From: Candidatus Methylomirabilota bacterium
Lineage (GTDB): Bacteria; Methylomirabilota; Methylomirabilia; Rokubacteriales; CSP1-6
DNA length: 26,993 bases
Assembly (NCBI GenBank): GCA_046726415.1
Contig: JBKPAK010000265.1
Span: 1-26,993, forward strand
Direction: 5' to 3'
Part shown: positions 26,496 to 26,993 of the stretch, one piece after another
How positions within the stretch are numbered: the stretch's first letter is position 1
Layout: the number at the start of each line of letters is the position of its first letter
Translations under genes and position numbers: made by a program
The notes under the pieces: generated by a model
What the model was told of the DNA's origin: nothing
Seen by the model: only the letters and a program-made list of their open reading frames with translations
Database searches by the model: none

Positions 26496-26525
26496 AGACT
26501 ACCACCACGCGAACCGACGACTCAA
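26496..26525 (-). promoter_or_regulatory. Putative sigma70-type promoter for the minus-strand operon
   Basis: TTGAGT-18 nt-TAGTCT on the minus strand, ~45 bp upstream of ATG 26452. Confidence 0.3.
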
Positions 26526-26664
26526 TCGCCCTCAAGGCGCAGATCAGTCAGCGCTAGAACAGCCATCGCCGATGACTCATAATGGAACCGCAGGACGGGT
26601 TCGATCATCCTTCCTGAAAGAGAGCGGAGAGCGACTTCCGAGATGGCCTTCACGGCGCCGCGGC

Positions 26665-26993
26665 ATGCCGACTGAGCAACGGGCGATCGGCCGGCATCGG
26701 GATGCGGAGGCGCTCGATGTGTTGGCGGACGTGCTGGTGATCGGTGGCGGCCCTGCCGGTGCCTGGGCGGCAGTCGCGGCGACCGAAGCGGGCGCCCGCG
26801 TCGTCCTGGTCGACAAGGGCTATCTGGGTACCAGCGGCGCCACCGCGCCCTCCAACACCGGAACCTGGTTCGTGCCGCCGGGCGAGGGCCGCCGTGTGGC
26901 CATCGAGCAGCGGCAGCCGCGCACCGGTGGTCTCGCCGATCCACGCTGGGTGGAGCGCACGCTCGATACGGCATGGGAGAAGCTCCACTGCCT
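26665..26993 (+). CDS. FAD-dependent oxidoreductase, SdhA/FrdA/AprA flavoprotein superfamily (AsfA-like), 3' partial
   Basis: Own translation (not in the ORF track because it runs off the window): ...ADVLVIGGGPAGAWAA..A..AGARVVLVDKGYLGTSGATAPSNTG.W.VPP; start uncertain. Confidence 0.82.
   Translation, partial: MPTEQRAIGRHRDAEALDVLADVLVIGGGPAGAWAAVAATEAGARVVLVDKGYLGTSGATAPSNTGTWFVPPGEGRRVAIEQRQPRTGGLADPRWVERTLDTAWEKLHC

Noticed and set aside
1-26993. tRNA/rRNA, CRISPR array, integrase, transposase, reverse transcriptase or defence genes
   Set aside because: None recognisable by motif or repeat periodicity. The long repeat pair is not a DGR template/variable pair: mismatches are not adenine-specific and no RT is present.

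Overview
GC-rich bacterial accessory/metabolic region; gene style is reminiscent of soil Ca. Rokubacteria-like lineages (inference only). Intact genes: a crotonase, a TauD-family dioxygenase, a two-gene beta-propeller cassette, a family-5 ABC SBP with two permeases and no ATPase, two cupins, a translationally coupled pair of Amidohydro_2 enzymes, a divergent ureABC-like cluster with no accessory genes, and a seven-gene minus-strand operon (ACMSD-like amidohydrolase, LVIVD protein, sugar-type ABC transporter, Zn-dehydrogenase, TIM-barrel isomerase). The window ends in the start of a flavoprotein. Between these lie many rearrangement scars: three 'hollowed-out' genes that keep start and stop but lack the middle, a PhoD fragment, a back-to-back fusion of two 5'-truncated genes, and a ~430/510-bp diverged direct repeat flanking the propeller cassette. 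Best novelty candidates: (1) a urease paralogue with all metal ligands but a remodelled substrate pocket; (2) the amidohydrolase pair, in which one partner has the catalytic Asp replaced by Arg; (3) the LVIVD catabolic operon; (4) the recurrent internal-deletion pattern. All family assignments are by motif recognition; no searches were run.
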